Shown here one piece after another: positions 59,026 to 64,000 of a DNA stretch of 64,000 bases; position 1 is the stretch's first letter, and each line of letters begins with the position of its first letter. Origin of the DNA: Laetmonice hystrix (taxonomy: Eukaryota); contig OZ249437.1 in assembly GCA_965235115.1 (NCBI GenBank), forward strand, positions 33,542,001 through 33,606,000, written 5' to 3'. A program made the position numbers and the translations under genes. The notes beneath the pieces are model-generated. The model was not told where the DNA came from and did no database searches. It worked only from the letters and a program-made list of their open reading frames with translations.

Positions 59026-60416
59026 ATTTAGATGGAAAGATGAAGTAGGTTTCATGGCATGATGAATCGCATGGAAACATTCAACAAAACAAATCCTCAG
59101 ATACATACAAGTGTCAGTTTCTTGCCGATTTTCAGGCGTGCTTATTATTTTATATTATCTTTTTTGCTCTAGAAGACGTCGTTTTCAATACGATTTGTAC
59201 ATAGTAATTATGCTGTGAGTTAAGCACTTCTTTATGTGCACTATTAGCTACTTTTAAAAGTATTTTTCCAGGAGCTTTATTGAGTGTCTAAGATATGACG
59301 GTTGTCGAGGAGCGGTAAAGTTTACGATTGTTGGTTTGGAGAGCCAGGAACGGATTTTATAAATGTAAATCTCGAGTTTGGGTTTTGCATGGTCGACATC
59401 AACCACGTTCAGAGGGCGAGGGGGCATTGCTGAGACGTCTCTGTTCTACAGCACTTCCCTTTTTACGAACTTTTCATATTGAATCCATTGATTCTTGTTA
59501 ACATTAAAAATAAGAGCCAACGTAGATATATTATAACACGTGGGGGGATGTGTCTAATTCATAATATATTATGATCTAAAGGAAACCGCAGTGTTATTTA
59601 ATTTCCAGTGGTTTTAGAATTCGCTGTTCTAGGATTTGTTTTTTACCTTTGTTTTGCAACCGGTAATTGATATCTTATAACAAAAAATATTATTTTGCCG
59701 AATTAAATTCGCTGCTGTAGGTTTTATTTATTTATCTTCGTTTTATAACCTTTAATTAATTAATATCTTATAGCAGAAAATTAATTGAGCCAAATTAAAT
59801 TTGTAAAAATTTGACATACTAAAGGAAGTAGCGGTATTTTTGGTTATTTGCTTAATGTGTGTCTAGACAAAGACCCGATACACAATGGTTTTATGTCTAA
59901 CAAATTACATTAATATTGTGACTGGAATCTACTCACAACCTGAGCCAATGATTCGTGTAAACTTAGAATATAAGATCTATCCATTTAATATAAGCGTTCT
60001 CAGATTAAGAAAGTAAAAATCTAATGTTTATTCCGTAAATTTCAGAAAAACAAGGCTAGTTTTATACAACGCTATCATAAATTGGGGGGGGGTTAGTTAT
60101 AGATATATTTATTTACCCTGGAGAATCTGAAAGGATTCGTGCGTCCATGTTGTGTAAATCTTTCGAGATATTTTGAGTGGTATTTCTAGAACAGTCTTGG
60201 GAACTTTTGTCGAGTGCCCTAAGTTGGGTGACGGTGAGGCAAGTGGTCCTCAAATTTAACCTGTTCATGAATACCCGAAAAGTTGATGTATTAATGCCTT
60301 GTACAAAACACCTCTGTATGTAATGGTAGAAGTTTAGTTTTGTACGTCTGCAGAAGAAAAATTGTTTCTGCTTTTGGGTTGTGAAATTGTAATGTAAAAT
60401 GATATGTCTTTCACAG

Positions 60417-60529
60417 AATTCCCAACGACACGTATGGAAATGGAGGCTGTTGCGGATATTTTCGATCGCGATGGTGATGGCTACATAGACTATAAAGAGT
60501 TTGTCGGCGCTCTGCGACCGGACAGCCAG
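60417..60529 (+). CDS. shot: Spectraplakin exon, EF-hand 2
   Basis: CAG|(K)[37 protein letters not shown]|GTTAGT, 113 nt, 1-0. Confidence 0.93.
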
Positions 60530-61220
60530 GTTAGTGCCAAAACACACAAACACCACAATAAGAACTGCACCTTAAGAGCTGTCAGAAGATAAGGCAAAAT
60601 GTTAACTTTCTTGAAGTGGGACCTGTACTGCTGAAACCCAGTCAGAAGCCTCCTTATATCCATGCAGCAGTTCAGAATTTATGAAACTGTGGCACCGAGC
60701 AAAACGGATGTTAAAAATTCATGTTGAGGATTTAACATGGTCCCCACATGTCCGGGAAAGTGGAAAAAGTCTGGAATTTTATATTGGGACCTCCCGGGTC
60801 GGGAAAAGTCCGGAAACTTGATAAATATGTGCTCAAGTCCGGGAATTTGACAGACTCAAATTCTAGGTGGCTGATTCACAGTCAGGGTACCATTCTTTAA
60901 TTATCGTCGATATCCCATGCTAAAAAATGCAGCATGGTCCTGGAAAAAATCATATTATTTAAAGATCCGGGTAAAGTCCGCGAATTTTGGAAAGCTGATA
61001 GTGTAGGAACCATGGAGCTCATGGAGCCATCCAGCATTACACATCCCACCTTCACATTCCTCAAACAAAATTACACCCTCATAATACTGGATCACAGGTG
61101 TATGAGATGTTTCTATCATGGGTCTAAGGAAAGTGTAGAACTAATATATACTAGTACATGAGGTTATGGTGGACTGCGACCGTAACCAGTCGTACTTACA
61201 CCTGACACTTACACTGACAG

Positions 61221-61337
61221 AAGGCGAAGCCTGTGGACGACCAGCTCCGGATACTGGACGAAGTGAAACGCCAGTGTGCCAAGTGTACGTGTGTCAAACA
61301 GTTCCGCATCCACAAGATCGGCGAAGGCAAATATAGA
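61221..61337 (+). CDS. shot: Spectraplakin exon, GAS2/GAR domain N-half
   Basis: CAG|KAKPVDDQLRILDEVKRQCAKCTCVKQFRIHKIGEGKYR|GTAAGT, 117 nt, 0-0. Confidence 0.92.
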
Positions 61338-61670
61338 GTAAGTATGATATAGATAAGGAACTGTTGACTTACGCAGCTAACATCTCCAACTACACGGCAC
61401 CGCTGATATAAAATGTATAGATATTAATATTTTCATTATATATTAAGGCCTATGATACCGCATTTGGTTGCACGTGAATGTTAAGATTCTATATTGTGAA
61501 TTGATGTCTGCGAAATCTACTTAGTTGTATTCATTATGAGCATATCAAATTGTCATTTTGAGAAATTATCTACAGGATGGATTTTATCCATCAAAATGCA
61601 GGATTAAAAAGTAGAAGGGATGCTCGTTGGTGACACGGTGGAGATGTTAATGTTTTGATTTGACCTTCAG

Positions 61671-61788
61671 TTTGGAGAGTCGCAGAAGTTGCGTCTAGTA
61701 CGAATCCTCCGCAGTACAGTGATGGTACGAGTTGGCGGAGGCTGGGTGGCACTCGATGAATTCCTTGTCAAGAACGACCCTTGTCGAG
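61671..61788 (+). CDS. shot: Spectraplakin exon, GAS2/GAR domain C-half
   Basis: CAG|[39 protein letters not shown]|GTGAGC, 118 nt, 0-1. Confidence 0.94.
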
Positions 61789-62614
61789 GTGAGCACGCGT
61801 GGTTTTCTATCCTGGTGTCATTCACGGTTTGTCACTTGATGAGACGTTTGTAGGTTTGCAGGGCCCGATACCGGAAAGATATTATTATATCGGTTGTTAC
61901 TGTAGACAGCTGATCAATATCCCTGAGTCTGTGACAGGTATCGGAAGGTCGAGGTGACAAACCAGTTTTCGATGTGTCCCAGAGATCATATCTTGTGTTG
62001 TGGACCCGATAGAAGAGTTTTCTATAGAAACAAGGCTAACCTTTGACACTCTACACCCTATTGGCGGCCAGACATATAAATGTACAGTCATATAATATAT
62101 GCTTCGAATGAGAAAGTAACATGGGATGGTGGAGACCAAAAGAAAATGTAGAGAGACATAATCTGCCACGCCTTACTAACCACTCAAATTACATGAACAC
62201 ATAAATGCTTCTTAGGATATTAAGGAGAATGCATGCCACCTGCCAGGCAAAGAAAGGGAAACGTTGAGATTTCTTTGTAACTGAGAGAATGTAGTTTAAA
62301 ATGAACCCATTTTCACTAATATATGTTTGTATATTTGCTGGCCACAACAAATTCCTTTTTTTGAAAGACAGTCATCATTTGTTGTAAGTTTTTCTTAGTT
62401 AATACTGGGATAACTATGGAATACGAGACTATCTAAATTTGCATGTGGAAAATATTGCAAATGTGTTTTGTATGAAATATAAAAGGATGACGTCCAAATG
62501 CAGTTTAAGTGAAGAAACTGATAAAGACTGAGATAAAGGTGGTGATATACAATGCCTGGGATGCAGCATGTACTTTTTCCCCTTTTTTCGTGCTCCTGGA
62601 ATTGTTTCCACCAG

Positions 62615-62743
62615 AGGGCATCGGGAAGCAGTTCTACTATGGTAACGAGCTAGCCACCTCTCCGTCGTATTACATAACGCCATGCGCACTCCACACGCCT
62701 ATGTTGGCCAAACATCAGGCCTCACAGCTGCTGCCACCTGCCG
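62615..62743 (+). CDS. Candidate alternative exon after GAS2 (27 nt to 62641 or 129 nt to 62743)
   Basis: TTGTTTCCACCAG| acceptor. Donors G|GTAACG and G|GTGAGC are both phase 1 and the frame is open (EGIGKQFYY[GNELATSPSYY...LLPPA]). Confidence 0.35.
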
Positions 62744-64000
62744 GTGAGCTTTAGCGATGCTGCAGCCGAGTGTGCTTCTCCCCATTGCCTCTTGACCCCC
62801 ATTTGCTGATGGCCTTGAACTTTGACTTCTGCTTGAAGTTTGGATTTTGAGCACTTGCTTGTATCCCATTGAGCATTGATTTGGAGAATATTTCTCATGC
62901 AGGAAAATACGCATCTGCTTCCATTGCAAAAACCTTTTTAAAAGCATGTTGAGCTGCAAATTTTGTGAACTGATTGACACATGCCTGACACTCCCGAGTT
63001 CTTGCTAAAACCAGAATGTATGAACTGGTGGGTGTTTTTACTTTAGCATTTGCCACAGAGCTTTGAATGGTTGTTCCCTGTGGCATACAAAATCATAATG
63101 CCATTACATATTAGAAAATAATGAGACATATGATCAAAGCCACTGATAGCGTTTGAAACAAGCTGAGACGTAATTTCATGGCCCTACGCAGTATCGACCG
63201 ACAAAATGTACGTGAGGCAGTGGGTGACCGGGGAGCACGGCCTCAGTATACACTGAGTGGTCGTCGTTTACTCATTATCGTCGTCGTCTTAGATAGTGGT
63301 TGTCACAAGGTAGACATTAGAGATTGAGGTCACCATGGATTTAGTCTAGAACTGTCATCTATTGAGAAACAGACCTTTTTGACTTTATTGGAGCTGAACA
63401 ACAGAAAGCAATTAGAATCAGTTGTAAGTATGTGAAAATTCCACTCTGGTTCTATGCACAAGGGCCTACAAATCGCTTTTGGGTGATATTTTTTTGGGCA
63501 GTTTGATTAGAATCCACAAGGAGGGAAGTGTCTGTTACTCTTTTATTTTTCTTTCTCCCTTTTTTTCTGTGCCACTTGTATAAGTTCTTGTTTAGAAATA
63601 TTTTGTGTTAATTTTGTGTTTCTCTTCTCTCCGATCTGCCTTATTGCTTCCGTAAAGTTGGCCTCTGGCGACGGAAGCGTTGTCTTTTCAAAAGGCGGTT
63701 CACACCGCGTTGGTGTAGGTTTTTGACTGTTTTTTCTCGGAATGCGTGCCAGCTGCTAATGTTAGGGCATCCACACTAACCCCGTTATGTGACGGTTGTA
63801 TACCTAACCCCTCCAACTCTCTGACCCCAATCCCTGTGCATTATTATGAGATGAGACCAACAGTGCCATGACACGTCCTGCTATAATGGAACCCAATCCT
63901 CTCCACCAGTATGATCATAGAACCTGTGTGGTTGTGCTATATGAAATGTTAGTCCTACCAAAGAGCGTAACTTTATTAGTTTTCGCTCATTTATTTGATC

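Larger units (their letters stand above)
1..61788 (+). other. shot: Spectraplakin gene (shot/MACF1/dystonin family), partial: N-terminal CH/plakin exons lie upstream and the C-terminal tail downstream of the window; 44 exons traced, about 11,660 aa in window
   Basis: Diagnostic domain order plectin-like repeats > spectrin repeats > 2 EF-hands ([26 protein letters not shown]) > GAS2/GAR ([33 protein letters not shown]). All exon phases chain without frameshift. Symbol is the family/ortholog name, not a species annotation. Confidence 0.95.

Noticed and set aside
60740-60990. Recurrent TCC(G/T)GGAAA(A) motifs suggesting a decayed non-autonomous DNA element
   Set aside because: No definable termini or TSD by eye. 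Needs a repeat-library search.

Overview
Animal (invertebrate-type, taxon not determinable) genomic DNA. Nearly the whole window is one + strand spectraplakin gene (Drosophila shot / vertebrate MACF1-DST family), incomplete at both ends. I traced 44 GT-AG exons by hand in one continuous reading frame. There is a 5'-truncated plectin-repeat exon (<1-3854), a giant 20,757-nt phase 0-0 plectin-repeat exon (4078-24834; 6,919 codons, containing an 84-bp/28-aa P/E/V/T/D tandem array), and 42 ordinary exons encoding about 28-30 spectrin repeats, two EF-hands and the GAS2/GAR domain. That is about 11,660 aa inside the window alone. The 8.9-kb intron between the two EF-hand exons carries a full-length 6.07-kb DIRS1-type tyrosine-recombinase retrotransposon (52958-59025, sense). 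Its ITRs and internal complementary region are essentially perfect, but gag, RT/RNase H/methyltransferase and YR are all broken. Introns also hold a TTA-TSD Harbinger-type MITE, a second foldback element, an 8-copy minisatellite, a 78-bp duplication that doubles a splice donor, several in-frame micro/cassette-exon candidates and (T)GCATG clusters. Most short and antisense ORFs in the supplied track are shadows of the real exons.
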